Shown here in pieces: positions 28,618 through 39,125 of a DNA stretch of 64,000 nucleotides. Every line of letters starts with the position of its first letter. Within the stretch, counting starts at the first letter, position 1. A program made the translations under genes and the position numbers. This stretch comes from Barthelona sp. PCE. Its lineage: Eukaryota. Under the pieces are notes generated by a model. The model was not told the DNA's origin, searched no databases, and saw only the letters and a list, made by a program, of their open reading frames with translations. The stretch is taken from the NCBI GenBank assembly GCA_040285745.1, contig JAUFOR010000005.1, positions 1 to 64,000 on the forward strand. Reading direction: 5' to 3'.

Positions 28618-31161
28618 CTATAAAAAGTTGTGACCATCCTCATACATCTTTTGATATCTTAACAGGTCATTTCTAGTAATTACACCGCGCAGTGTACCCT
28701 GTTCAACAACCAAAACCACGCGGCAACCCAACTGTGAAAATATTCGCAGAAGACGCGAAGCGGTTGTTAAGGGAACAATTTGAGGAGGACTACTATCTAC
28801 TATGGAACTGAAACTGATAAAGTTGAAGTCCATGTATTGTGCCGGTATGCGGCCGTTAACGAACCGTATAGAATGTGTATGTAAAGACTGATTAACAGAA
28901 TCAATTTTTTTCTCCAATGTAGATCTTTCGATCCATCCAATTACAATGTTTTCATCTGTCACCACCGGGAACCCCTTGACAGATGTCTGTGTAAGCAATG
29001 ATCTGATAGAGATAACAGTCTCACCGAATGCTTTCAAAGCGACGGTTCGTTTACCTTTAATAAATTCAGTAACCGGGAAATCTTCAGAGGCCAACTCGTT
29101 GGTTAGGTAAGGGACGTTGTTGATACGCATGTGGTGCTCATAGATCGAATCATGATCAAAGCGATCAGCGATCCACTTACTAACAAACGCACCAATAAGC
29201 AGAGCAGGAGCAAGATCTATAGAGTCGGTCATTTCTATAACAATGACGCAGATGGATACGGTCATCTTCGTAACTGAGCTTAAGAATGAGATTGCACCGA
29301 CTAAGGGAAAAAAGTATGCATCACTGGTTGTGTTGAAAAGTGTTGTTATGCGGCCGAAGAATGCACCCATTAGTAGACATGGAATGAACAAACCAGAGGG
29401 AATCCTGCTGCCGAATGTTATAGCAGTTGTTAAAAAGATTATTGCAAAAGCTATCAACAACATAATGACGTTTTCACTGGATCGATGCGTGTCACACAAC
29501 ATTAACAATACCGTGTCACTTGTTTCACCATCGCAGCCAGACAGCACGATATCAAGCATATGGTGCAACGTACCACGTGTTAATAAATACGGGTAAGCAA
29601 GGATACTGGTTAATAGCGAAATACACATGACTTCCAAAACAGGGAACTTTGAAATCTTATCTTTTCTGATGTATCTGGTCCAAAGAACATTGACTTTAAT
29701 GAACATGGCACCGGCTATACCCATTACAATACCAATAAACACGTAATAAAAGAGAGAATCAAAAGAAAATGCTGCTGTGAATTTGAGAGGAATGAGTGCA
29801 ATGGAGCGAGAATGAGTTGGGTTGATGATGTGGAACACAGTATCAGATACAATGCTTGCGAAAAAGCTGTAAAAAAGAACCTTATGTTGGAAATAAGTAG
29901 ATGCTTCTTCTATCATAAACAGAATGCCACCAATTGGTGCGCCATTGAATGCAACACACACCCCTGCCGCTGTTGCTGCACTAATAAACTCCCTTTTAAC
30001 GACTTCGTTCTTCACCCTAAACAAACGCATCACCACAGAAGAGGAGAGCGCACTCGATATAGAAACAGTCGGGCCCTCCTTACCTAGGGAAAGACCAGCG
30101 CTGACACAGAAGACAATACCAACTGTTTTAACAACTAACGACCACAGCCCTAAAAATCCTTTTAGTCGAAAGCCAGCAAGAACAGATTTTGTTTCGGGGA
30201 TACCTGATCCAGCAGCAAATGGAGCAAGGTCTCGTACTAGGGTTGCGGCTATCCATACAAATACCAGTGATGCAACAACATATATTATGTACTGCATAGT
30301 GTGAGGTGATAAAGGTAAACTCTGTACGATAGGACTATTTTCCCAATCAATCCATTCGTTGCAGGCAATCTTATCAGCACAGCAGAGATCCCGCTGTAGG
30401 AATACATTATATGTACAATACCCTTCTCGCCATGTGGCTAGAACACCAGCTCCAATGTCAATCATTGAAGCAACAATTGCAGTCAACGAGCCAAGGATGA
30501 ATAGAATCACCCAGGGGCGAAGGACACCCCACCAACCCTGTTTCTTCTCTTCGTTATATGTATGGTTGAAGTGAAAGTCTATACTCTCAAAGTCCATAAC
30601 ACTCTGGCTCCTACTAATACCCGATGCTACACTTGTTGTGTGCCTGACAGCCTTTGTGTTCGGTGATAGTAACTCCTGTGTTACGCTTGTTGTGTCAGAA
30701 TATCCAGTTGAAGATCCACCACCACCCAATGTAGAAGGTGAAAGTGCTGGAGTTGGACTTAAATTCTTGGGTCTTACAAGAATTTCACTCTGAGAACGGG
30801 TAAAGAACTTCTCTACTAATTCATCTTCTGCAATAGAATCAACTTCACTTTCACTTGTTAATGAGTGTAAATCAAGGAAAATATCATCAAAATTTTTGGT
30901 CCCACCAGTGTATATGTTCTTTATAATAAGCTCCTGCTCATCTACTTCCTCTGCAATTGTTGCATCTTTCAGAGCATTGGCAAATTTGGCAGTAGTTGAT
31001 TCTACGCTCGAATTTGAGGAAGCAGATGCAATAGAAAGCCTCCTGTCCTGTTCTTTATGCCTAGGAAGTAACGGTATATCATCATTAACATCATTGTAGA
31101 GAAGCGTCTCAAATATTGAGTGAGTTGAGGACGCGCTTATCGTTGATAGACGTCTTGACAT
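28618..31161 (-). CDS. CLC chloride/proton antiporter (CLC-3/4/5-like) with CBS domains
   Basis: GSGIPE, GKEGP, FMIEE and GLFIP signature motifs; C-terminal CBS pair. Confidence 0.93.
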   Translation of the reverse strand: MSRRLSTISASSTHSIFETLLYNDVNDDIPLLPRHKEQDRRLSIASASSNSSVESTTAKFANALKDATIAEEVDEQELIIKNIYTGGTKNFDDIFLDLHSLTSESEVDSIAEDELVEKFFTRSQSEILVRPKNLSPTPALSPSTLGGGGSSTGYSDTTSVTQELLSPNTKAVRHTTSVASGISRSQSVMDFESIDFHFNHTYNEEKKQGWWGVLRPWVILFILGSLTAIVASMIDIGAGVLATWREGYCTYNVFLQRDLCCADKIACNEWIDWENSPIVQSLPLSPHTMQYIIYVVASLVFVWIAATLVRDLAPFAAGSGIPETKSVLAGFRLKGFLGLWSLVVKTVGIVFCVSAGLSLGKEGPTVSISSALSSSVVMRLFRVKNEVVKREFISAATAAGVCVAFNGAPIGGILFMIEEASTYFQHKVLFYSFFASIVSDTVFHIINPTHSRSIALIPLKFTAAFSFDSLFYYVFIGIVMGIAGAMFIKVNVLWTRYIRKDKISKFPVLEVMCISLLTSILAYPYLLTRGTLHHMLDIVLSGCDGETSDTVLLMLCDTHRSSENVIMLLIAFAIIFLTTAITFGSRIPSGLFIPCLLMGAFFGRITTLFNTTSDAYFFPLVGAISFLSSVTKMTVSICVIVIEMTDSIDLAPALLIGAFVSKWIADRFDHDSIYEHHMRINNVPYLTNELASEDFPVTEFIKGKRTVALKAFGETVISIRSLLTQTSVKGFPVVTDENIVIGWIERSTLEKKIDSVNQSLHTHSIRFVNGRIPAQYMDFNFISFSSIVDSSPPQIVPLTTASRLLRIFSQLGCRVVLVVEQGTLRGVITRNDLLRYQKMYEDGHNFL

Positions 31162-31493
31162 GTAAAAAGTAGAAATACGGGCCCTGAAGTTCAAAAAATG
31201 AACGAAAAGAGATGAATATGTATATTCAATTATAGAATCTCAAATAAACGTCTGAAAACTCCTAACTTAGGGTTCAAAGTCGAATGTGGTACACAATAAT
31301 ATGTACCAATGTAACATAGAACTGTCTAGCTTTTGACAATTGTGCAGGGTAGGGAGCGAATATCATAAAATTACATTTACCAACTATTTAGCCATACAAA
31401 AAACGCAATTCGCTACGTAAACAAATCTGTAATACTGAATACACCGTTTTATTTAATATCTCCCTTTCTTTGGCTTTCTGCACTAGTTTATTA

Positions 31494-33065
31494 ATGCAAA
31501 GGTCATTAACAATCTTTTCTGTACTGGCAATCTTTTGTATTGCCAACGCCCAGCTCTTTATTGCGGTCAAGGATAATGCTCGCATCGAAGTTCATGAAGT
31601 TCAGACTTTACCTCAAGATTATGTTGCTTATGCTGTTTACAAGAACGAGGTTAATGTCGATGGATTTGATAAATTGACTGTATTCTCAAATGGGGAATAT
31701 TCCAATGAAGATCAAATGTTTGCATACGGTATGCTCCATGGTTACAGTATGCACACACGTATCTTTGAGTATCGTAACAACTTCTTAGCGCATACATTCC
31801 CCAATGGTGTGTCAAAGTGCATCTACTCATATCTTCGTCAGCAGTTGGTCTATATGCGTGATCTATCAGTTGAAGGCGGTTGGTACAATCGTCAATTGGG
31901 CATGACAGTTGCCCAGTTTGATGGATACGTTGCTGGTTACCAACTTAGACATCCAACTGGTGAGAAATATCTCAGTCAGTATGATTTAATGCTTGTTGCT
32001 TCAGAAGGCGATATGTATGAAGTTCAACCGCATTGTGATGAAGATCTACCCAACTACACCAATTGCGATCAGAAATGTCTTGACTACCTCAGAGATCGAA
32101 GCAGTTGTACAGTTGGTATGCGAAAGATCAAGGGGGATTTTTTTGCTTTCCATAACACATGGAGCTACTATGCTTCCAATCTCCGTGTCAAGGTTGACCT
32201 CACCCTCGCTCTTTCCCCCGTCACATTCAAAACCAGATACACTTCTAAGCCTGGTTATCTTTTTTCTAAGGATGATTTCTATGTGATTGAGTCAAGCGGT
32301 CTTTTTGTGACCGAGACCACCAACAGCGTATTGGATAAGTCTGTTCTCAAAAATGTTTCACCTCATACAGTTCCAACATGGGCTCGTGTGATGATGGCAT
32401 CAAGAATGGCCACAACCGCTAAAGAATGGGCTGAAACATTCGCTAAACATTCCAGTGGTACATATGCTTCTGGATGGATCGTAGCTGACATGAAACTTAC
32501 TAAACAAGATCCTCTCCCATCTGAGTCGGTTTATCTTGCTGAAGACGCACCTGGTAAAGTATGCGTTGGCCCTATTGCCGATGCTATCGTCGAGCGCGGC
32601 AACCAATGGAGCAGCTATAATATCCCCTTCTTCCCCGAGTGTTATGAGTACATGGGGTATAAGGAGTTTAGCAAGACTCATCCAGATTATGTGTATGCCG
32701 ATGCTCCTCGTCGTAAGATTGCTGACCGTGAGCTCCCTAAAATCAACACCTACGACGAGTTCCGTGCATTTTCTCGTTACAACGAGTATAAGAGCGATCC
32801 AGTTTCTGGTGGAGATCCTTCTAAATCTATTTGCAGTCGATACGATCTTAGAGATGAACATGCAGCCGCTTTCGGATGTTTAGATGCTAAGGTCACTTCT
32901 GCTGACGATACTTTGAACGGTCAGGCTGATATAATTTGTGGTCCTACACATAGCACTGCAGATCTACCCCCTTTCCAATGGTCAACGTCTGCTTTTAAGG
33001 ATGAAGTCCATGATGGTTGTCCCGATGTATATGATTTCCCCTGGATTCGTATCTCAGAGGAATAA
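31494..33065 (+). CDS. Phospholipase B-like Ntn hydrolase (secreted/lysosomal)
   Basis: Signal peptide; SSC..HNTW, SKPG...SKDDFY, TETTN, CLDAK motifs. Confidence 0.9.
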   Translation: MQRSLTIFSVLAIFCIANAQLFIAVKDNARIEVHEVQTLPQDYVAYAVYKNEVNVDGFDKLTVFSNGEYSNEDQMFAYGMLHGYSMHTRIFEYRNNFLAHTFPNGVSKCIYSYLRQQLVYMRDLSVEGGWYNRQLGMTVAQFDGYVAGYQLRHPTGEKYLSQYDLMLVASEGDMYEVQPHCDEDLPNYTNCDQKCLDYLRDRSSCTVGMRKIKGDFFAFHNTWSYYASNLRVKVDLTLALSPVTFKTRYTSKPGYLFSKDDFYVIESSGLFVTETTNSVLDKSVLKNVSPHTVPTWARVMMASRMATTAKEWAETFAKHSSGTYASGWIVADMKLTKQDPLPSESVYLAEDAPGKVCVGPIADAIVERGNQWSSYNIPFFPECYEYMGYKEFSKTHPDYVYADAPRRKIADRELPKINTYDEFRAFSRYNEYKSDPVSGGDPSKSICSRYDLRDEHAAAFGCLDAKVTSADDTLNGQADIICGPTHSTADLPPFQWSTSAFKDEVHDGCPDVYDFPWIRISEE

Positions 33066-33122
33066 TAAACGCTTAGCTAGTCTTTTTATTTTTTTTTGGC
33101 TTTACTAAAGCTAAAGTGACTA

Positions 33123-34814
33123 TCATATTTCTAAATCATCTGTTTGCTCAACCACTTTGAATGGTTGTGTTTGACGTAAACCTGTATCATAATATGGGAA
33201 TTCTTTGACACTTAAAGGTGATATTGTTTGCAAATAAAATTGAAAATCGAGCAAGAATCGGTGTTGCATCGGCTCAGGCATACTGAACCGTGGGAAAGCT
33301 CGTTTCTCTACTGTACTACTATGTTTCTTAACCAAAATCCAAAAATCTATCTGAACATAACTTTTGTAATCAAGGGCAGCCGCATTCCAAAACTGTTCAA
33401 CCTTATCGGCCACTCCAAACGGAAACCTCTCATCGAAGAGTACATAGTCCTCTCTACGTATAACATAATAGGGTTCACACCACATCTTCCAACTAACTGG
33501 ATATGAACTGTTCGTGAAAAAATAGTGCGTGTGGCGAAGACACGACTCATAAACCCTGTACGTCTGCCACTTAGCAAAATCTATACGCCTAGGCCGATGA
33601 GTGAACGCATCAACTAATTCATTTCTTGAAGTAGGATAAAAACCAAATCTGGGCTCGAGAACAGGAACAACCTGTAATGTTTTAGCAGGTGGAATCTTAA
33701 ACTTTGTTATATCAATAGGTCCCATGATGTAGTCCGCTTCAATGTACAACACACTCAATGCCTGGGTGAGGTTATAGCCCTCGTTTCTCAGCGCATTGAT
33801 TGGGAAGACGCCTCCCTTATGTATAGAAACAGAATACGATAGTGAAGAAATATTGGAAAAGATTTGAACCACAGCATCTACTGATTCACCTTGCTTTAGA
33901 TACACAGATACGCTCACAGGCAGGTCAGTCGACGCTCTGATATCGTTGATCTGTCCCAATCGTTCACTGGTCATTACTGTAAATAGTTCCAGTTTTGGCA
34001 CTTTTTCATACACTTCTTGTTTAACTAGTACAATATTTAGAGGATAACGGTAACCAGGTTCATTCATCCAGAACGCAAGGGACGGGTCCTCACCTACAAT
34101 TGCCTTCCACATGCTATGAGTATTCAATAAAAACTTCACATCAGTAAAGCCACGATTACCATAGCTGGGTAAAACATCAATTGACCGAACAGTTGCTTTG
34201 AAATTTGGCTTTAGGTTGCTAAACAGCGTCGGAAGATTACCTATAGCAACTAGAGCAGTTGAACCTCGACCAGCTGTCCACATACGATCGTTAGTCGAAA
34301 AATCTGTCGTGTAGCTTGTATTACCACCAATGATCTGATCAATGAGGCTACGGTTAACAGGCACCTCATTGGCAGACACCCTTGCCACAGACCATAGTTG
34401 AGGATCCATAAACGCACCTACTGTTGGTGAAGAAATTGCCACATAAGTAGGTTTCATGTATGTAATGTGTTGGCATCTGGTTGGTATCACGCTTCCAACA
34501 CGCGTGTTCTTTGTTACAATAAAGCGTTCTATGTTTGAAGAATTTGGAAAAAAATGTGCTGACGAGTTAAGATGTCGATTTTTGCTTTCTAATACGAAAA
34601 CTGGTGTCTCGTATGCTACTGATGCGAGTGAAAGGGCTGTGTGTTTGGTGATTTCATGATTAAAACAGTCGAAAATAACACACATTTGTACGTTACGAAC
34701 AAAGAAACGTGTTCGAAGACCAGCAAGATTGAAAAGAAGGATTGCCCCTATTAAAAAAAGGATGTTCGTTCTTAAAATTGGTATTTTTCGTTGTACATAG
34801 CGAAATTTTTGCAT
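33123..34814 (-). CDS. Type II membrane glycosyltransferase with GT49 (LARGE/B4GAT1-like) domain; start uncertain
   Basis: N-terminal TM; FPINALRN, EAD, EPYYV, FDERF.FG.DK. Confidence 0.75.
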   Translation of the reverse strand: MQKFRYVQRKIPILRTNILFLIGAILLFNLAGLRTRFFVRNVQMCVIFDCFNHEITKHTALSLASVAYETPVFVLESKNRHLNSSAHFFPNSSNIERFIVTKNTRVGSVIPTRCQHITYMKPTYVAISSPTVGAFMDPQLWSVARVSANEVPVNRSLIDQIIGGNTSYTTDFSTNDRMWTAGRGSTALVAIGNLPTLFSNLKPNFKATVRSIDVLPSYGNRGFTDVKFLLNTHSMWKAIVGEDPSLAFWMNEPGYRYPLNIVLVKQEVYEKVPKLELFTVMTSERLGQINDIRASTDLPVSVSVYLKQGESVDAVVQIFSNISSLSYSVSIHKGGVFPINALRNEGYNLTQALSVLYIEADYIMGPIDITKFKIPPAKTLQVVPVLEPRFGFYPTSRNELVDAFTHRPRRIDFAKWQTYRVYESCLRHTHYFFTNSSYPVSWKMWCEPYYVIRREDYVLFDERFPFGVADKVEQFWNAAALDYKSYVQIDFWILVKKHSSTVEKRAFPRFSMPEPMQHRFLLDFQFYLQTISPLSVKEFPYYDTGLRQTQPFKVVEQTDDLEI

Positions 34815-34999
34815 TCCATATGTTATGGTTGAGAAAAACGTGTCTAATGACCAGGAGATGCTTTCTCCTATTAACATAAGCATAACTTTACACATAAAGC
34901 ATGTGAGTGTTGTTGAAAGAGATAGAAATTGGAAATAATGTTTTGTTCGAGTAGTAGATAAATTTATATTCTTTTTGAGTCTAAGCACTGTTGTCCAAA

Positions 35000-35043
35000 A
35001 GAGTTTGTTAATTTTTTTACGAGAGTTTGTTAATTTTTTTACG
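35000..35043. repeat. Perfect 22-bp tandem duplication in divergent intergenic region
   Basis: AGAGTTTGTTAATTTTTTTACG twice. Confidence 0.9.
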
Positions 35044-35190
35044 TGATTTTAAAAATAGAAATAGTACAATTTTGCAGGTTGACTGTGTACGAGTAAAAAT
35101 GGTTATGACTCAAATTTTTACACGGGCAGTGACGAGTCAAGGCTTTGTAAAGGTAAAACTTCAGTTTTTGTTTTTTTTCAGCATTCACAG

Positions 35191-36012
35191 ATGGTTTTTT
35201 CTGATATCAAGGTTTACATTCGGGGAGCAGGTGAAATGGCATCTGCAATTGCCGTGAGACTTGCAAAAACTGGATTAAAAGTTCTTCTAAGTGAGGTTCA
35301 ATATCCACTTGCAGTTAGACGTGCAGTTTCCTTCTGTACTGCGGTTTACACCAGCGAACATTCCATAGAGGGTATAAAGGGAGTCTTATGTGGTGATTTA
35401 GATGAATTTAATACCATTTTCATTGCTAAGAAAACAGTTGGTGTATTAGTTGATCCTGATTTTTCTCAAGGGCGCATATTCGACCCCCACTTTGTGATTG
35501 ACGCGACATTGAGCAAGACAAACAGTGTTGGAACCACAATTGATATGGCTCCATGTGTAATTGCACTTGGACCAGGATATTGTGCCGGAAAGGATTGTAA
35601 TTTTGTGGTGGAGACAAACAGAGGACACAAACTAGGTTTGTTAATAACTGAAGGTTTTTCTGCTCCTAATACTGGCATCCCTGGTGTCATAAATGGTTAT
35701 TCTTCTGAGCGGGTTTTGAGAGCACCAGTTGCTGGATGCGTCACTATTGTGAAGGGTATTGGTGAAATTGTTGAAGTAGATGAAGTAGTAATGAAAGTAG
35801 ATGATTATGAAGTTAAATCAGTAATAGCAGGAGTAGTTCGTGGTGCTATTCGCAGCTCAACAGTTGTCAAAAAGAATGAAAAAATTGGTGACGTGGATCC
35901 TAGAGCTGATGCAGTCCATTTTTTTCATTTAATATCGGATAAAGCAAGAAATATTAGTGGAAGTGTTTTAGAAATTATATTTGGTCAAGTACATGATATG
36001 CCTACCCATTAA
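35191..36012 (+). CDS. yqeB: Selenium-dependent molybdenum hydroxylase system protein, YqeB/EF2563 family
   Basis: IRGAGEMASAIAVRL, PLAVRRAVSF, IALGPG..AG.D, VETNRGH.LG, PNTGIPG, ERVLRAP, KIGDVDPR, ISDKAR.I.G.VLE. Confidence 0.9.
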   Translation: MVFSDIKVYIRGAGEMASAIAVRLAKTGLKVLLSEVQYPLAVRRAVSFCTAVYTSEHSIEGIKGVLCGDLDEFNTIFIAKKTVGVLVDPDFSQGRIFDPHFVIDATLSKTNSVGTTIDMAPCVIALGPGYCAGKDCNFVVETNRGHKLGLLITEGFSAPNTGIPGVINGYSSERVLRAPVAGCVTIVKGIGEIVEVDEVVMKVDDYEVKSVIAGVVRGAIRSSTVVKKNEKIGDVDPRADAVHFFHLISDKARNISGSVLEIIFGQVHDMPTH

Positions 36013-36127
36013 TTGCATCATTAGGTTTATTGAATGTTGTTGCGGTTTAATTTTATCAAATCATTGAACTTTTCACCGAATTGAACTAAATCTATGTTTA
36101 CTATGGGATAGAAGGATAATATAACTA

Positions 36128-37231
36128 TTAAATATCCATTAATTGATGATCATAGAATCTAAAAAGTTTTCTTCTTATTACATTAATCAAAAGTTTGATT
36201 AAGTACAACACAATGAGACCAGCAAATATGAGGATCCAATAAACATAGAATGCTACAAACTCATCACGTGGAAATTCATCATAGGGAAATGATAATGGTA
36301 GTTTTATCTTCAATAGCGAACAGATTAGAACATAAAAAGATTGAATAACAATGGGAATAGTTGTGAAAGTTGCTATAATAAGATAAAAAATGTAAAAACC
36401 TTTCCTATGTTCAACAAAATGATGAGTTTCTTCACTCAAATTTAAAGATTCCTTTATGATACAAAAAGATCTACGAGCACTTAAAAATTCTCTTAATAAA
36501 GGGAAATAAAATATTGGAGTAAAAACCATTAAGTCATCATCTTTCTCTGCAGCAGCTAAAATTAATATAAAAATTATTAAAAAAATATCACAACTAGTAT
36601 TAGCCAATAAACATGAATTATAACGAATATGTCTATAATTTGATACACCACAACAATGAAGACCCACATGTAAATACAAACTTAAACCATACCCAAATAT
36701 GAACAATATAATGACTCCTATAAACAACATTAAGATACGTAACATTCCAAACCAGAGCAGTTCAAAGTCCCAAACATTCCAACTAATGATTTTATGATAC
36801 TGTTGATGATCAAAATCAAAAAATGATGAATGATCATGTCCTCTAATACCAATTATAAACGCATTGAAGAAACTAAAGTAAACGAAGAATGAGAACAAGC
36901 GGAATCCAGTGAATATTTTTCTGATTTCCAGCTTATAAGGCTTTGATTTCTCCCAAAAAAAAGCCACTACGTAAAAAATGGAATGAATTCCACATAACGT
37001 CCACAGAATACATCTAATTGTTTGTATGGGTATAAGCAACGCACAAACGGTAAAAACAGTGAAAATGCAATCTATTAATACAAAACAATCGATACTTTCA
37101 TCAACATGGTTTGTAAAATCATCATCAATACTTTTTCCAAACATATAACTCAAGTATCTGACCATTTTATCAAGCCCTGAATACAATTTTTTAAAAAAAA
37201 CTTTGGATAAGGTGGTAAAAAAAGAAAACAT
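36128..37231 (-). CDS. Multi-pass membrane protein, unknown function
   Basis: About 8-9 hydrophobic segments; probable distant paralog of 1379-2500. Confidence 0.75.
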   Translation of the reverse strand: MFSFFTTLSKVFFKKLYSGLDKMVRYLSYMFGKSIDDDFTNHVDESIDCFVLIDCIFTVFTVCALLIPIQTIRCILWTLCGIHSIFYVVAFFWEKSKPYKLEIRKIFTGFRLFSFFVYFSFFNAFIIGIRGHDHSSFFDFDHQQYHKIISWNVWDFELLWFGMLRILMLFIGVIILFIFGYGLSLYLHVGLHCCGVSNYRHIRYNSCLLANTSCDIFLIIFILILAAAEKDDDLMVFTPIFYFPLLREFLSARRSFCIIKESLNLSEETHHFVEHRKGFYIFYLIIATFTTIPIVIQSFYVLICSLLKIKLPLSFPYDEFPRDEFVAFYVYWILIFAGLIVLYLIKLLINVIRRKLFRFYDHQLMDI

Positions 37232-37387
37232 TTTACTTCAAACGCCATCATTTGTTTTTCTGCAGCTACATATTTCAGGTAAACACTTCAGCCAAATACC
37301 ATTTCTCAAACTATGTTATTTTAAATTATTTTTCATCTTTCAGCTTAAACAATTAGTTATGGTTTGAAATTTATACTTATAACTTTT

Positions 37388-38941
37388 TTATCTGTAGCTA
37401 GACTCCATATGTTCTCTGTACTGACTCTTCCTTCCCATCATATCAGATTGCTGTCTTTTCTTTGATAATAATCGAAATACATCAGAAAGTTCCATACTTC
37501 TTTTATCTCGATGTCCACTCCAAAATCCTGATAATAATTCATAATTTTGGTCCTCTACGGTGGGAAAAAGCTCTGGCAAAGGCATCAAATGCTCTATACT
37601 CTTTGCAAATGTTGCAAATGTTGTATCTCCTTTCCATTTCAAGAAGAGTTGATATACAAAATTTCTCATACCACTGTCTTCCATATTGCTACTCACATGT
37701 AACGGCTCTAATAGTTCACGTGAGAAAATACCATTACGAAGCAGGTGAACATAAATTTCGATAATTTTGTTGGTGTCACTGAGCTTAAGTTTGTTACTAT
37801 CTTTAAAATAACCAATAAATTTGAGTTTCATTGCAGTCGTAAAATCTTGATAACCACGTGAACCCGATCTAGATAAGAATAATAGTAAATTTTTAACATC
37901 ATCACCAATTATCTTCCATTTTAAAGCTGCTGAAAGTACGCAATTACAAAATATAAATTCATCTCTTACTCTGTTGGCTGCCTTCAAATGCAACACCTTT
38001 TGAATAAGTTCATTAGGACTTATTGCAGATCTCATTGCAAAGTAAACATCATTTGTTAGTTGATCTTGATTAATAATTTTTTCTTCTTTTTTGATTTTTT
38101 TAACAAATGACATTGTGTTGAATGTATCATTACGTGCAAAAGTTGCGCTAATAAATGCTTCCCATTTTTCACAACTTTCATCCAAATTAGGAAATAATGA
38201 AATTTCATCAATTTTGATCAAAAAGTCAGTAGATATTGTATTAAAAAATTCAAATTCATGCATATTCTGACCCTTTGAATGAATTAAATTATGTTCTGGT
38301 AATAAAGCAGGGTGTGATTCAAAATTTTTTTGAAAACCTGAATATAATGATTGAAAAATCATATTATCTTTAATTTCCAAAAAAAAAGATTTGTAAAATT
38401 CAGGTTGTGTATGTTTTAGACGTTCACCAGAAGAAAAGAAAATTTCATGAATTAAATCAATTGGTAGAGGATGTGCTCCTCCTCCCTGTACAACATCTAA
38501 CAAGAAATAAGCGCATTCCACGATAAACAACTCGTTGATCACATTTTGATTCATACAGTGACAAAGAAAACGAAGGATATTTAAACAATAAGTGTGCATC
38601 ATTGCGTAAAAATTTTGAAAATCCATGATTAATACCTCAAGAAAGCGTTTACCAAGGTCAGGTAGCACACAATTGACAACAGAGAATAGAGCAGCGAATG
38701 TGGGTGTTGATAACCCGTTCATAAGTATTGCTTTCCTAAATTCGGTGCAAAACACTCGTTCTCCAAACCAAAGATTCTCTTCAAACAGTTCACTCAAGGA
38801 ATGGAACAATGTTACCGGTGTTACTTTGTTAAAAAATGAAATAAAGACAGAGCGCATGGTTTTTAGTTCGTCTTGTTGCCATTTAATCTCTTCATGTTGC
38901 AAATCCAGCTTTTCATGTTGATCTATCTGTTCCTTTGACAT
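37388..38941 (-). CDS. CWC22: Pre-mRNA splicing factor CWC22 (divergent)
   Basis: MIF4G segment NKV...ELFEENL..G...TFAALFSVVN..LPDLG; MA3-like VYFAMRSAI..NE..QKVL. Confidence 0.8.
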   Translation of the reverse strand: MSKEQIDQHEKLDLQHEEIKWQQDELKTMRSVFISFFNKVTPVTLFHSLSELFEENLWFGERVFCTEFRKAILMNGLSTPTFAALFSVVNCVLPDLGKRFLEVLIMDFQNFYAMMHTYCLNILRFLCHCMNQNVINELFIVECAYFLLDVVQGGGAHPLPIDLIHEIFFSSGERLKHTQPEFYKSFFLEIKDNMIFQSLYSGFQKNFESHPALLPEHNLIHSKGQNMHEFEFFNTISTDFLIKIDEISLFPNLDESCEKWEAFISATFARNDTFNTMSFVKKIKKEEKIINQDQLTNDVYFAMRSAISPNELIQKVLHLKAANRVRDEFIFCNCVLSAALKWKIIGDDVKNLLLFLSRSGSRGYQDFTTAMKLKFIGYFKDSNKLKLSDTNKIIEIYVHLLRNGIFSRELLEPLHVSSNMEDSGMRNFVYQLFLKWKGDTTFATFAKSIEHLMPLPELFPTVEDQNYELLSGFWSGHRDKRSMELSDVFRLLSKKRQQSDMMGRKSQYREHMESSYR

Positions 38942-39125
38942 AACATAGGCCCTTAACAATGGTAGAGGTATATAAATCACCGAAGAAAGGGTAGAATTTG
39001 TAAAACACTTTTTTTCGATACCCAAACTTTAATATGTTGTTTTTTGTTGTTCCAGTTAATCATAATCAAAGAATGTCTTTCATTTCAATTTTCCAAAAAG
39101 TTGTATCAAATTTTTGTATTTATTA

